DNA of 57,802 nucleotides from Minisyncoccia bacterium (GCA_044229075.1 JBGATS010000009.1:1-57802); one strand, 5' to 3'. Shown: positions 39,527-49,512, counted from the stretch's first letter. Translations and numbers: made by a program. Notes: generated from the letters alone by a model not told the origin.

Positions 39527-39555
39527 AAAGAGCGCTTACGAAGTAAGCGCTCTTT
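39527..39555. terminator. Palindrome/terminator after the coiled-coil gene
   Basis: AAAGAGCGCTTAC-GAA-GTAAGCGCTCTTT. Confidence 0.75.
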
Positions 39556-39574
39556 AGGCTTAAGTCTAAAAAAA

Positions 39575-40993
39575 TTAATTTACTTGTTCTGGCTGAAGTC
39601 TGAAAAATTTCCGAACCCAATTTCCTTTAAATAATCTTTTTACAGATTCTTCTTGGGTTGATTGTTCGATAATTTTTGTGACTTCTGAAGCATGCTTAAA
39701 TTGATCTTGCAAACGCTCTTTTTCAAGAGGATATAGTCTCAATTCTGATTCATGGGCACGAATCTCGTCACCTGCTTTTTGTTCTGTTCTCTGAAACAAA
39801 ATTTCGGAAATACCTGCTTCGTATTCTGATATCATTTTTTCATTATTAATTTTTTCATCAAAAATCTTTTCTTTAAAAACTTTATTCAAATGATTTGCAA
39901 GAATATCATGATATTCATCGCGTCCCATCATGGTAAGTTTTACAATAAGAATTGAAGTCTCAATAAAGAAAAATAAACCGAATACCATCCATACCAAAAA
40001 ATTTTGTCCACCGATTCTACCCAGCGCATGATAGCGATCCAAAAAACCGTCATTGCGCATTTTTTTCAAATCTGTTTTTTGCTTTTCCAGATTTTTTTCT
40101 TCTTTTGTAATTTCCTCGTCAATTTTTTTGTTTGCCAATTCTTGATCCTTTCTCTCAGATTCCATAGCAACAAATTCAGGACGAGACTGTTTTGCAGATT
40201 CAAGAGCGGAAACTTGTTGGGCAAGTACTTGTTCCTCTTGCGCGATTGCTTCTCTTTTGGTATCCGCAACTGCACCATCACCACGTTTCTTACTACCTGC
40301 AGAACCTTCGACTTCCAGAACTAAGTCAGTTCTCCGTTGTTGAATGAGTGCGTTTTGGGCATCGATCTTTTTTTGTTCTTCTGCAAGCCAGGCTGTGTAA
40401 GAGGCAGATTTTGCATCAACAAGTTTCAAGTTTTCTGATTTTTGTTTTTGCAATGAATCAATTCTTGTACTGATTTCGTCCGAAAGTTTTTGAAATTGAT
40501 CCTGACGATATTCGTAAATATTCACCTTGATCTCAGGGTCAAATATTTTCATTTCTGCCATGGTTGAATTTAAATATGAAGTAAACCCAATAATAATTAC
40601 TCGAGCCGCGATCGAAAGAAATGAATAGGAATTCTTTTTTGCTAATTCTCGATTCATCAAATTCATCATAACAGAATCAAGTGAACCAAATACAGCAAGC
40701 CATGCAAAAAATACAAAAATTCCAACGATCGCCGAGTGCATAAGCTCGCTCCATGCAGAACCAGCAATGCACGCCTGTGTACAAACAATAATCGTTAAAA
40801 ATGCACCAAATTGTACGTGTTTTGCACGAACAACTGGATCAAGGTCTTTAGCTAGGGTTTTATCAAGTCCACCCATAATGCCAAAAAATTCTGTGCTATT
40901 CTCACGAATAGACTTAAGTGGTTTACCAATAATCCCACTAACATCCCCAAAATTAATTTTTGGAAAAGTTACTTTTTGATTTTCTCTACTCAT
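39575..40993 (-). CDS. DUF4407-like membrane coiled-coil protein
   Basis: Three N-terminal TMs, EMKIFDPEI, long coiled coil with EVEG..GS.KRG.G, GFLDRYHAL, then a TM with FFIET..LIVKL. Confidence 0.75.
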   Translation of the reverse strand: MSRENQKVTFPKINFGDVSGIIGKPLKSIRENSTEFFGIMGGLDKTLAKDLDPVVRAKHVQFGAFLTIIVCTQACIAGSAWSELMHSAIVGIFVFFAWLAVFGSLDSVMMNLMNRELAKKNSYSFLSIAARVIIIGFTSYLNSTMAEMKIFDPEIKVNIYEYRQDQFQKLSDEISTRIDSLQKQKSENLKLVDAKSASYTAWLAEEQKKIDAQNALIQQRRTDLVLEVEGSAGSKKRGDGAVADTKREAIAQEEQVLAQQVSALESAKQSRPEFVAMESERKDQELANKKIDEEITKEEKNLEKQKTDLKKMRNDGFLDRYHALGRIGGQNFLVWMVFGLFFFIETSILIVKLTMMGRDEYHDILANHLNKVFKEKIFDEKINNEKMISEYEAGISEILFQRTEQKAGDEIRAHESELRLYPLEKERLQDQFKHASEVTKIIEQSTQEESVKRLFKGNWVRKFFRLQPEQVN

Positions 40994-41106
40994 TTTTTAT
41001 AATTTTTTATTTTAATTTACAATGTATTTCCAAGGTATATTAACATAATTATAAATAAAAGTCAAGTATTCCCTCCAACCAAAAAAGCCCTTTCGGGCTT
41101 CCTTGA

Positions 41107-41310
41107 TTACGCCTCGATATATGGGAGAAGACCCATAAATCGTGCTCGTTTTACTGCGAGCGCGAGCGCGCGTTGATTTTTCAGCGTTGTTCCTGTTCGT
41201 TTGCGAGGTAAAATTTTACCGGTAGAACCCAGGAATTTTTTCAATATCTCGATATCTTTGTAATCGATATGTTTGATATTGTTTGATTTAAAGTAACATT
41301 GTTGTGACAT
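41107..41310 (-). CDS. rpsR: 30S ribosomal protein S18
   Basis: [28 protein letters not shown]. Confidence 0.97.
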   Translation of the reverse strand: MSQQCYFKSNNIKHIDYKDIEILKKFLGSTGKILPRKRTGTTLKNQRALALAVKRARFMGLLPYIEA

Positions 41311-41335
41311 AAAAAATTATTCACAGAAACAAGTA

Positions 41336-41788
41336 TTAAAACGGAATGTCATCAGGGTTAATATCGAGCGCATCTGCATCAGGATATTCAATAGCAGATT
41401 CTGACGGCGCTGCAGCAGGCGATGTATATTGCTGAGAAGATGGAGACGAGCCAGTAGTGTTTGGACGAGATCCGAACTGTACATCTTCAGCGATGATTTC
41501 AGTTCGGTATTTTTTTTGTCCATCTTGTTCCCAACTGCGTGTCTGAATACGTCCAATCACAGAAACTTGTGATCCTTTTTTTACATATTGAGCACAGTTT
41601 TCTGCCTGGCGACCAAACACCACAATATTGTGATATTCAGCCATTTCTTTTCGTTCTCCAGTTGTTGCATCTTTCCAGAATCGATTGGTCGCAACAGAAA
41701 ATGTTGCAATTTTGATTCCTGATGGTAATGATCGCAACTCTGGATCACGAGTTACATTTCCTGCAATGATTGCTTTGTTGATATACAT
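41336..41788 (-). CDS. ssb: Single-stranded DNA-binding protein
   Basis: NKAIIAGNVTRDPELR, C-terminal DDIPF. Confidence 0.98.
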   Translation of the reverse strand: MYINKAIIAGNVTRDPELRSLPSGIKIATFSVATNRFWKDATTGERKEMAEYHNIVVFGRQAENCAQYVKKGSQVSVIGRIQTRSWEQDGQKKYRTEIIAEDVQFGSRPNTTGSSPSSQQYTSPAAAPSESAIEYPDADALDINPDDIPF

Positions 41789-41865
41789 ATAATTTCTTGA
41801 TTAATTAATTACTAAACAAAGAAAGTATATCGCAAAGATATTACCCTGACAAGTATATTCCCGTT

Positions 41866-42426
41866 TTATTCTGTTTCTGTTGGTTCGTCAATTATTGAGT
41901 CGACCACGTCTTCGATTTCATCATTCACTGGTGTTTGTAGTTCTACTGCTGCAATTCCTGGATCAATGTCTTCGGTATCACCGTCAATGATTTCCTCTTC
42001 TGCGATTTCTTCTCGTGCAGTTGCTTTGAGGATTTTTGATAATGGTTTTTTGCTGATGATGGTATTTTCTGCAACCGTTGCAACGAGTAACGCACGGATC
42101 ACCAGAGCGTGTGATTCGATAGATTGGAGAATTCCTTTTACCTGATCAGGACTGACGGTGAATTTAATCCATCCGAAATATCCTTGGGTAAATCGAACTC
42201 GCTTGTTATCGATTACTTTTACCATCTCGTATGCAATATCGATAAATTCTGGAGCTCCATCACTGATGATTGTAGCTCCTGTTTTGGTAATGATTTCCTT
42301 GATCTCGTCAGTACGAGTATCGAGGTCTTCCTCGCGAATCACTGGTGACAATAGGAAGCCGAGTTCGTACACTCGAGGCTCCAGTGTTTCTGTCGAGGCT
42401 TGAGTAACTGCCTTTTTTCGTGCCAT
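41866..42426 (-). CDS. rpsF: 30S ribosomal protein S6 with acidic tail
   Basis: RVYELGFLLSP, IAYE, GYF; canonical rpsF-ssb-rpsR order. Confidence 0.9.
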   Translation of the reverse strand: MARKKAVTQASTETLEPRVYELGFLLSPVIREEDLDTRTDEIKEIITKTGATIISDGAPEFIDIAYEMVKVIDNKRVRFTQGYFGWIKFTVSPDQVKGILQSIESHALVIRALLVATVAENTIISKKPLSKILKATAREEIAEEEIIDGDTEDIDPGIAAVELQTPVNDEIEDVVDSIIDEPTETE

Positions 42427-42515
42427 ATTTTATAGTTATTTGTTTAAATTAATAAGCACTTTGAATGATTCAAAGTGCTTGTACACTAGCAGATTTTACG
42501 TTTTTTGTAAAGGTT

Positions 42516-43409
42516 TTATTCCAGACTGATTCCAAAGAATTTCGACGTATTTTCGAGTAGTTGCAAACGAACAGCTTCAGAATCCATTCCTTTCAGTTCT
42601 GCAATTTTCCGAGCAACCTCCACCACCATCCACGGCTCGCATGGCTTTCCACGATATGGAACAGGCGCTGCAAACGGTGCGTCTGTTTCAATCATTAGAC
42701 TTTCAATCGGGCAGGCTTTAACCATTTCGTCATAGTCGCGTGAAAATGTAATCGGACCATCAACCGATACAGTAAAACCCGCTGAAACAATATCCAACAT
42801 ACATTGCTTTGATCCAGAAAAGAAATGAAAGTTTGCATAGATACCGGTACTCCTCAGTCCTTCGGACAGCTCCTCTATAAGAGGAGCCACTTCCAAACGT
42901 GTAGTGCCATGCTCCTCTGGTAGAGGAGCTCCGCGAAGCGGTGAGGAGTACTGTTCCAAAATCCCAAGCGCATCATAATACGCATCATCAGTTCCTTTTG
43001 AAGAACGAACGTGAAGCATGAGTGGTTTATTTACACGCATTGCAAGTTCAATATGTTTTTTAAAAATTTCTGTTTGTTTTTGTTTTGTTTCTGGTGATTG
43101 ATCGCGAAAATAATCCAATCCTGTTTCACCGATTGCAACTACTTTTTCATGACGTGCCAATTTCTCGAGACTATCCCAATCTGATTCCTGTGGGACAAAT
43201 CCATCAGCCGGATGAAAACCAACTGTTGCCCAACAAATATCAAGATTACGCTCTGCAATTTCTATTGCCATTTTTGATGTCTTCATATCCGTCCCCACGG
43301 TAATTGTCCCAATATTCATTTCTCGCATTTTCGCCAAAATCGCCTCCTGGTTTTCAGAAAGTGGTGAGAGGTTTAAATGTGTGTGGATGTCTATATATTG
43401 TAAATTCAT
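42516..43409 (-). CDS. tatD: TatD family hydrolase with a 35-codon internal insertion
   Basis: IDIHTH, VGFHP, AIGETGLDY, PLMLHVR, FHFFSG, IETDAPF. Confidence 0.93.
   Translation of the reverse strand: MNLQYIDIHTHLNLSPLSENQEAILAKMREMNIGTITVGTDMKTSKMAIEIAERNLDICWATVGFHPADGFVPQESDWDSLEKLARHEKVVAIGETGLDYFRDQSPETKQKQTEIFKKHIELAMRVNKPLMLHVRSSKGTDDAYYDALGILEQYSSPLRGAPLPEEHGTTRLEVAPLIEELSEGLRSTGIYANFHFFSGSKQCMLDIVSAGFTVSVDGPITFSRDYDEMVKACPIESLMIETDAPFAAPVPYRGKPCEPWMVVEVARKIAELKGMDSEAVRLQLLENTSKFFGISLE
42847..42951. repeat. REP-doublet (REPIN-like) element inside tatD
   Basis: Two inverted 41-bp units (42847-42887, 42911-42951), each GTACTCCTCA-stem(TTC)-A-GCTCCTCT-nnn-AGAGGAGC, separated by 23 bp. 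Confidence 0.85.
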
Positions 43410-43437
43410 AAAACTAATCTAGCACAAAAACAAAAAG

Positions 43438-43468
43438 CCGGGAAATTTCGCTTCGCGAAATTTCCCGG
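43438..43468. terminator. Palindrome/terminator
   Basis: CCGGGAAATTTCGC-TTC-GCGAAATTTCCCGG. Confidence 0.7.
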
Positions 43469-43484
43469 GTTAATTATTAGTTAT

Positions 43485-44189
43485 TTAAATCTGGAAATAA
43501 CAAAGCCCCATAAATAAACCCATTAATAGATAATATAATCTTAGAAAAAAGATATATCTTTTACTATCCGTATCTACTGTTGCTACTGCTACTACTGCTA
43601 CTGCTGCTACTAATGCTACTAATGCTACTAATGCTGATAATGCTGCTGCTACTGCTGCTACTGCTGCTACTAATGCTACTAATGCTACTAATGCTACTAA
43701 TGCTTCTGCTGATAATGCTACTAATGCTGCTGCTACTAAATTACTTTTTTTAACTAAATAGTGAAATAACAACATACATATAATACTTATTATTCCAAAG
43801 ATAAACCAGAATGATGGTATTGACTCCCCTCTTTCTTCTGAAAAAACAGATCGAACATCATTGTTCGAATTTGTTATAACCAACCGATGTATTCTATATG
43901 TTGGTGTAAAAGTAAAAACAATATTGGAATATTTTCCCTTACCTTTTATAATCTTTCTAGAAACTTCCACTGATCCAGAATCAAGTAATGTTTTTACTCT
44001 GTCATCTGTCAGGTATGCAGCTGAATATGTCGACAAATGTAATTCGTATTCAGACACAATCTTTGGTATCGGTTGATCTGGTTTTTTAGTAACAACCCCA
44101 TTGTCATATTTTTGATACACTACAGTATCAGCAAAACAATGAGTACCTAAACTTGTTAAGATCATTAAACTAATGAATAATTTTTTCAT
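43485..44189 (-). CDS. Hypothetical membrane protein with Ala/Leu/Val repeat tract
   Basis: Signal peptide, soluble domain, TM, 55-residue hydrophobic low-complexity tract, final TM. Confidence 0.7.
   Translation of the reverse strand: MKKLFISLMILTSLGTHCFADTVVYQKYDNGVVTKKPDQPIPKIVSEYELHLSTYSAAYLTDDRVKTLLDSGSVEVSRKIIKGKGKYSNIVFTFTPTYRIHRLVITNSNNDVRSVFSEERGESIPSFWFIFGIISIICMLLFHYLVKKSNLVAAALVALSAEALVALVALVALVAAVAAVAAALSALVALVALVAAVAVVAVATVDTDSKRYIFFLRLYYLLMGLFMGLCYFQI
43575..43739 (-). repeat. Degenerate 3/9-bp tandem repeat (GCA TTA GTA)n
   Basis: 55 consecutive codons, all ending in A, drawn from GCA/GTA/TTA/TCA/GAA/ACA. Confidence 0.9.
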
Positions 44190-44318
44190 TTTTCTTTGTT
44201 TAAATTTATTTAATTTTCAAACAACAGACCCTTCTCGGAAGGCGACCGTAGTTTCCTGTATATTAGCATACCTATATATAAAAGTCAAGTAACTAAAACT
44301 AGGCCTAGTGGCCAGTTT

Positions 44319-45221
44319 TTAGATAACACCTACATGCTTCCCATCTTTCACACAGTCCTCACACACCACATGCAGGTGTCTGCGGATATTTCCACTGTTG
44401 AGTACATTACTCGTTTTAGACTGACAAATCTCACACTCACCGATATCCTGTGTTTCTTCATCGAACGCCATGCGCATACGCCCGTCGAACACGAACATAT
44501 TCCCTTCCCAGAGAGCTTTTGATCCGTATTTTTCACCGTATTTTGCAATACCTCCGTCGATCTGATAGACCTCTGTGTACCCGCGATTCTTCATCATGGC
44601 TGACAGGATCTCACAACGAATTCCTCCAGTACAATAGGTTACAATTGGTTTATCTTTAAACTTACTAATCTCACCATTTTCGATATCATTAATAAATTCT
44701 TTTGAGGTATCTATCGGTGGCACAATTGCGTTTTTAAATTTACCAATTTTACCCTCGTACGCATTACGTCCATCATAAAAGATCACCTCGTCTCCCCGTT
44801 CTGCTACGAGCTGATTTACTTGATCGGGTTTGAGATGTTTACCACCATTTTCAATACCATTTTCTCCGACAATAATTTCATCAGGTGCACCAAATGCTAC
44901 AATTTCAGATTTTACCTTTACTTTTAATTTTGGAAAATTATCTCGTCCACCTTCACTCCATTTGTAGGTGATCTTTTTCATCAAGTGATGCTTGTTCATT
45001 TCCTTTTTATAAGCTTTCAAGTCTTCGATACCACCACCGAGTGTTCCGTTAATGCCGTGAACACTAATCAAGACCCGTCCACGCAAATTCAACCGTTCAC
45101 ACAAATGACGCTGCCAGTGCATGACGGTTTCTGGGTCGGCAATAGGAACAAATTTGTAAAATAAGATAATTTTTTGTAAAGCGTTTTTATTTGTTTTTGC
45201 GGATAGGTCTGCTGAATACAT
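44319..45221 (-). CDS. trhO: Rhodanese-related protein, UPF0176/TrhO (tRNA U34 hydroxylase) family
   Basis: ILFYKF, GRVLIS.HGINGT, D.RN.YE..IGKF, YCTGGIRCE, GGI.KY, FVFDGR. Start placed at MYSAD. Confidence 0.85.
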   Translation of the reverse strand: MYSADLSAKTNKNALQKIILFYKFVPIADPETVMHWQRHLCERLNLRGRVLISVHGINGTLGGGIEDLKAYKKEMNKHHLMKKITYKWSEGGRDNFPKLKVKVKSEIVAFGAPDEIIVGENGIENGGKHLKPDQVNQLVAERGDEVIFYDGRNAYEGKIGKFKNAIVPPIDTSKEFINDIENGEISKFKDKPIVTYCTGGIRCEILSAMMKNRGYTEVYQIDGGIAKYGEKYGSKALWEGNMFVFDGRMRMAFDEETQDIGECEICQSKTSNVLNSGNIRRHLHVVCEDCVKDGKHVGVI

Positions 45222-45311
45222 ACTAACTCTATAGCATAAATTCTGTAGTTTGGGTAGGGGTAAAAAACTAATTCCTTCCCGAAAGACTTCAACCGTGATA
45301 CAGTAATCCAT

Positions 45312-46718
45312 ATGAAAAAAACAAAAATTATTGCAACCATCGGCCCTGCAACTGCTGACCAAGGAATACTCGAACAACTCATCACGTCTGGTATGAATGT
45401 TGCACGTATCAATATGAGTCACGGCGACCATGCAACCCATACTAAAACTATCGCCGCCATCCGTGCTGCCGAGAAAAAAACAAAATCCCATATTGCGATT
45501 CTGATCGATTTATCAGGACCAAAAATTCGTACCGGAAATTTTTCAACAGAAACAATCACCTTGGAATCTGGTAAAACCGTCATATTAACAACAGATACTA
45601 TCATTGGGAACGCAGAGCGATTGAGTGTTTCGTATAAAAAACTTCCGACCGAGGTAACAAAAAATTCGATCATCATGATTAACGATGGGAAAATTAAACT
45701 TGAAATCATTGCTATCAAAAAAACTGACATCATTTGCAAAGTTGTCATTGGTGGAACTATTAAGGGACGTCGCGGTGTTAATATTATTAACGGATCGCTC
45801 AGTGTTTCATCACTCACCACAAAAGATAAAGCTGATCTGGATTGGGTGCTCGACCAAAACATTGATTTGATTGCACTTTCATTTGTACGCACTGCACGTG
45901 ATATTACTGATTTGAAAAAAGTTCTCACAAAAAAATCTCTAAAAAATATTCCGGAAATCATCGCAAAAATTGAAACCGCAGAAGCAATAGAACATATTTC
46001 AGAAATTATCAATGTTGCAGATGGTGTTATGATTGCACGTGGTGATTTATCAGTTGAAGTTCCTCGTGAAATGGTTCCCATTTATCAAAAAAATATCATC
46101 GCCCAAGCGCGCACTGCCGGAAAATATTCCATAGTAGCAACCCAAATGATGGAATCGATGATCCATAATCCGTCGCCGACCCGTGCAGAAATTTCTGATG
46201 TTGCCAACGCAATATTCGATGGAACAGATGCAGTTATGTTGTCCGAGGAAACATCACTTGGAAATTATCCTATCGAAACAGTAACTGCTATGCGCGATAT
46301 TGCATTATCTGTCGAGGATGCATTTCCAAAAAAACTTCCTGTTGAATATGATACTGTGTTTCGTATTTCCCATGCAATCGCACATAGCGCAGAACGACTG
46401 GCACACAAACTCTCTGCACGCATGATTGTTGCACTGACCGAAAGTGGTCGCACAGCACGGGAAATTGCACAATTCCACGGAAATCAGCCTATTATTGCAA
46501 TTACTCCAGATATTCATACAGCTCGGAAACTTTCTATTATTCGAGGAATTACGAGCCACGTAGAAAAAATCAGTAGTCCAATTACCGTTCTTCGTAAAGA
46601 AATTGTTACTATTGCAAAACAATACGGCGCAAGTACAAATGACACTATTGTCATTGCCAGCGGTAATACTATGCACAAGAGTGGTTCGACGAATATGGTG
46701 ATAGTGGAAACGGTGTGA
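45312..46718 (+). CDS. pyk: Pyruvate kinase
   Basis: KTKIIATIGP, ARINMSHG, GPKIR, IAKIE, MIARGDL, ATQMMESM, PTRAE, DAVMLS. Confidence 0.98.
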   Translation: MKKTKIIATIGPATADQGILEQLITSGMNVARINMSHGDHATHTKTIAAIRAAEKKTKSHIAILIDLSGPKIRTGNFSTETITLESGKTVILTTDTIIGNAERLSVSYKKLPTEVTKNSIIMINDGKIKLEIIAIKKTDIICKVVIGGTIKGRRGVNIINGSLSVSSLTTKDKADLDWVLDQNIDLIALSFVRTARDITDLKKVLTKKSLKNIPEIIAKIETAEAIEHISEIINVADGVMIARGDLSVEVPREMVPIYQKNIIAQARTAGKYSIVATQMMESMIHNPSPTRAEISDVANAIFDGTDAVMLSEETSLGNYPIETVTAMRDIALSVEDAFPKKLPVEYDTVFRISHAIAHSAERLAHKLSARMIVALTESGRTAREIAQFHGNQPIIAITPDIHTARKLSIIRGITSHVEKISSPITVLRKEIVTIAKQYGASTNDTIVIASGNTMHKSGSTNMVIVETV

Positions 46719-46752
46719 TAATAAAAACAACTTCTAGACAAAGTTGTTTTTA

Positions 46753-47823
46753 TTATCTAAAATTCCTCTCACAGAACTCATCAATTTCGTCTTGTGATAA
46801 GACGTTCTGCATCACACCCCGGAAAATTGTTTCCTGTACATCGGTGTTCCATGATTTTTCTGGACCTCCTGGTGTTTTATGATCTTTCCATTTTTTATAC
46901 AAATAACTCGCTTGCTCTATTGGTAATGTTACCAATACAATGTCATCGATATCCCCGTTCAGACGTTTTTTGGCATTTTGGATTTGATGTTCTTTATGAC
47001 TTGTTTTGCTGGTATTCATCGTAAACTGAATACCAATATCACGAGCGGTTTCTGACTCCTCCACGCGTGCACCACGGTTTTTCTCGCCAGCCTTGCGATG
47101 GATAATAAAGTCTATTTTTTGATCAACATCCTGGTGAGCATCGGCATCAACAATTTCAAAATCTGCATCGGTATCTATTGATAATTTTTTCAAGAAATTC
47201 TTGACCATTTTCTCGGCAATAACCCCTCCCTGTTCACTACTGTTTTCCAGGCGTTCCCCAATAGCACGGTAAGCACCTTGCTTAAAAGTATCACCGTGCG
47301 TATTACTGGTTTCAGAGATGATGATTTGCCGATCGAGCTGGTTACGGAGCTCTGATTTTAATTGATTCAGATAATACTGACGTATGTCATGGATATTTAC
47401 CGAATTATCAAACGTATAGTGATTATCCCACTCGTCATCAGTCATAATCTCTCCGAGGGTTACCTCAACCTTATTTCCTTTTGCGTTAGTCACAATAAAC
47501 TTTTCACCAGAAAAAGAAACTATTCCAACCGTACCCCCGCGCTCCATGGTTGCATGTGTAAATACTCCGCCGGCACGTGTCCGCTCGAGAAATTTTTTGA
47601 ATTTATTTAATCGTTCGAGCTTCTTTTTCTGAATATCATAAATCTGCGCTTCTGCCTCTGGTGTTGTGTGTGCCTGACTAGCAATATCTTCTGTCACCTC
47701 GGTACGTTTTGCAGCAGCGAGTTCCTTGCCCTCACGACTAAAATCCTTCAAGGATTCCTTGATGGTTTCGGTATATTTTTTTAGGTTTTTTTCAAAGTGG
47801 AATTTCATATTTTTATTATACAT
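46753..47823 (-). CDS. Hypothetical protein, possible C-terminal nuclease-like fold
   Basis: Long ORF with G..AE, D...KIDF and IGIQFT pattern reminiscent of PD-(D/E)xK variants (weak). Start may be 47808. Confidence 0.65.
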   Translation of the reverse strand: MYNKNMKFHFEKNLKKYTETIKESLKDFSREGKELAAAKRTEVTEDIASQAHTTPEAEAQIYDIQKKKLERLNKFKKFLERTRAGGVFTHATMERGGTVGIVSFSGEKFIVTNAKGNKVEVTLGEIMTDDEWDNHYTFDNSVNIHDIRQYYLNQLKSELRNQLDRQIIISETSNTHGDTFKQGAYRAIGERLENSSEQGGVIAEKMVKNFLKKLSIDTDADFEIVDADAHQDVDQKIDFIIHRKAGEKNRGARVEESETARDIGIQFTMNTSKTSHKEHQIQNAKKRLNGDIDDIVLVTLPIEQASYLYKKWKDHKTPGGPEKSWNTDVQETIFRGVMQNVLSQDEIDEFCERNFR

Positions 47824-47847
47824 ATAATATAATAAATATGCAAATCA

Positions 47848-47894
47848 TATAACAACAAAGGGCGGCACCTGCGGTGCCGCCCTTTGTTGTTATA
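47848..47894. repeat. GC-rich palindrome (dispersed family variant)
   Basis: 22-bp perfect arms TATAACAACAAAGGGCGGCACC with TGC loop. Confidence 0.8.
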
Positions 47895-47900
47895 AATATC

Positions 47901-48290
47901 CTACCCGTGATGATGTTCTACCTCTGCAGCCATCGCCTCTGCTTTATCCTTGTGGATAGTTCCTTTTGGATGTTCTGCAGGTGTATAGATTGAATACAGT
48001 TTCATAGCAACATCACCCGTGTTGGTAACATTGTGATTCATACCAGCTGGGATAATAATAGCAAAGTCATCCTCGACAACATACTCTGTTTCTCCCACGA
48101 GTGCGACACCGCTCCCTTGCTCGATACGGAGGAACTGGTCAGTCGTGTCGTGCACCTCTGCTCCGATATCCTCTCCTGGCAATAGTGACATCACGGTCAT
48201 CTGGAGATGCTCTCCGGTGAACACTTCCTTGCGGAAATAGTCGTTTGATAAAGTTTCGTTTTCAATATTGTTTACGTATGGAGTAATCAT
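47901..48290 (-). CDS. Cupin-domain protein
   Basis: GEDIGAEVH..TDQFLRIEQG, IPAGMNHNV.N. Confidence 0.92.
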   Translation of the reverse strand: MITPYVNNIENETLSNDYFRKEVFTGEHLQMTVMSLLPGEDIGAEVHDTTDQFLRIEQGSGVALVGETEYVVEDDFAIIIPAGMNHNVTNTGDVAMKLYSIYTPAEHPKGTIHKDKAEAMAAEVEHHHG

Positions 48291-48341
48291 AAAGTAATTA
48301 ATAGTTATTAGTTAATAATGAATAGATTATAGCACAAAATT

Positions 48342-48896
48342 TTATTTATAAAAATCCTCCTCTTCATAATAATATGATTGCTCTATTCCTTTCATAAACA
48401 CTTCTCGGTCATCAATACCATCCACAAGTCCGCTGCGTAATAATTCGCGGAGTTCCAGTTCGTTTACATGACTACGTATCATAGCACTAAAATAATCACT
48501 TTTATCAATCTTTTCCCAATCGATACATTGAGCCAGATTTTTCTTGAGCATGAGATCCAGCCATATACGCATAGACCGACCATTACCCTCCATAAACGGA
48601 TGTGCGATATTCATCTCTGCATATTTTTCAATAATCTGCTCGTAGGTAACTTCTGACATTTCATCTATTTTTTTGAGAATTTCAGAGAGAAATAAACAAT
48701 TCGCAAATTTAAAATTATCTTTACTGATATTTTTTTCGCGAATTTTTCCTGCAAAATCATACAACCCTCCAAATAAATATTCATGAATCTGTTGCAATCC
48801 ACGAAATGTTCCCACCTCAAAAGCAGAAAGTCCACTATTCTCGAACAAATCTAATGCACGCATTTTACTGATAGTATCAATGTCTTTACTATTCAT
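48342..48896 (-). CDS. fic: Fic-family protein adenylyltransferase
   Basis: Canonical [12 protein letters not shown] motif; [14 protein letters not shown]. Confidence 0.93.
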   Translation of the reverse strand: MNSKDIDTISKMRALDLFENSGLSAFEVGTFRGLQQIHEYLFGGLYDFAGKIREKNISKDNFKFANCLFLSEILKKIDEMSEVTYEQIIEKYAEMNIAHPFMEGNGRSMRIWLDLMLKKNLAQCIDWEKIDKSDYFSAMIRSHVNELELRELLRSGLVDGIDDREVFMKGIEQSYYYEEEDFYK

Positions 48897-49107
48897 AGAT
48901 GTATATTACCATATTTTGAGAGATTTTTACAGTACCTTATTGTACAAAAAACCCGCGGAACTCTTGGCTTATTACAGCTCGTCATTTAAATAGAGTTCGG
49001 CGGGTTATTAGCGATTTAACGCTGTTGCCTGGATACCAGATCAGTTGGCTTTAGTATTGTTTCTTTACACAAAGTACTGAATAACTACTACTTAGTATAC
49101 ATAAAAA

Positions 49108-49512
49108 TTACTTAAAAACAACCTCTGCGTTTCCTCGAGCGACAACAGTATTATCATGACGATACTCGACAATAATCTTTCCTTGGCTTTCTGATGTTTC
49201 TACGGTGTATATGTTTTTTGGATATATGGGGACAAGGAAATCTACTGACAAGTTTTTCGTCAATGCCGTACCTGATTTTCCAGAAAACAGTTGTGCATGA
49301 ATTCCAGAAATACTATCCATCACAAAACACGTAATCCCACCGTGAATAATTCCCTCATTTCCAGTCAGTTTTTCTGGGAATGAAATCGTGCAAGAAATTC
49401 TTTCATTTAAAACATGAATATTGCGAATATCAAACTCAAATAAATCAAGCCATCTTTTTGAAGAAGCTGCGTACTTTGCAAGTTTTGGGAGTTGGAAGAG
49501 TTTTTGAGACAT
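49108..49512 (-). CDS. PaaI-family (hotdog-fold) thioesterase
   Basis: GIIHGG....MD, T..LSVDFL.P. Confidence 0.85.
   Translation of the reverse strand: MSQKLFQLPKLAKYAASSKRWLDLFEFDIRNIHVLNERISCTISFPEKLTGNEGIIHGGITCFVMDSISGIHAQLFSGKSGTALTKNLSVDFLVPIYPKNIYTVETSESQGKIIVEYRHDNTVVARGNAEVVFK

Noticed and set aside
43575-43739. Remote DGR variable region derived from a (TAA)n template
   Set aside because: No similarity to the TR in this window, ordered 9-bp periodicity favours slippage, and the variable positions would be on the non-coding strand.
45222-45491. 90-aa N-terminal extension of the rhodanese gene overlapping pyk
   Set aside because: It is antisense to pyk; family homology and a promoter-like box point to the start at 45221.
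48955-49000. Hammerhead ribozyme-like core (UGACGA, short stem)
   Set aside because: Lacks the conserved C of CUGA, the GAAA segment and a credible stem I.
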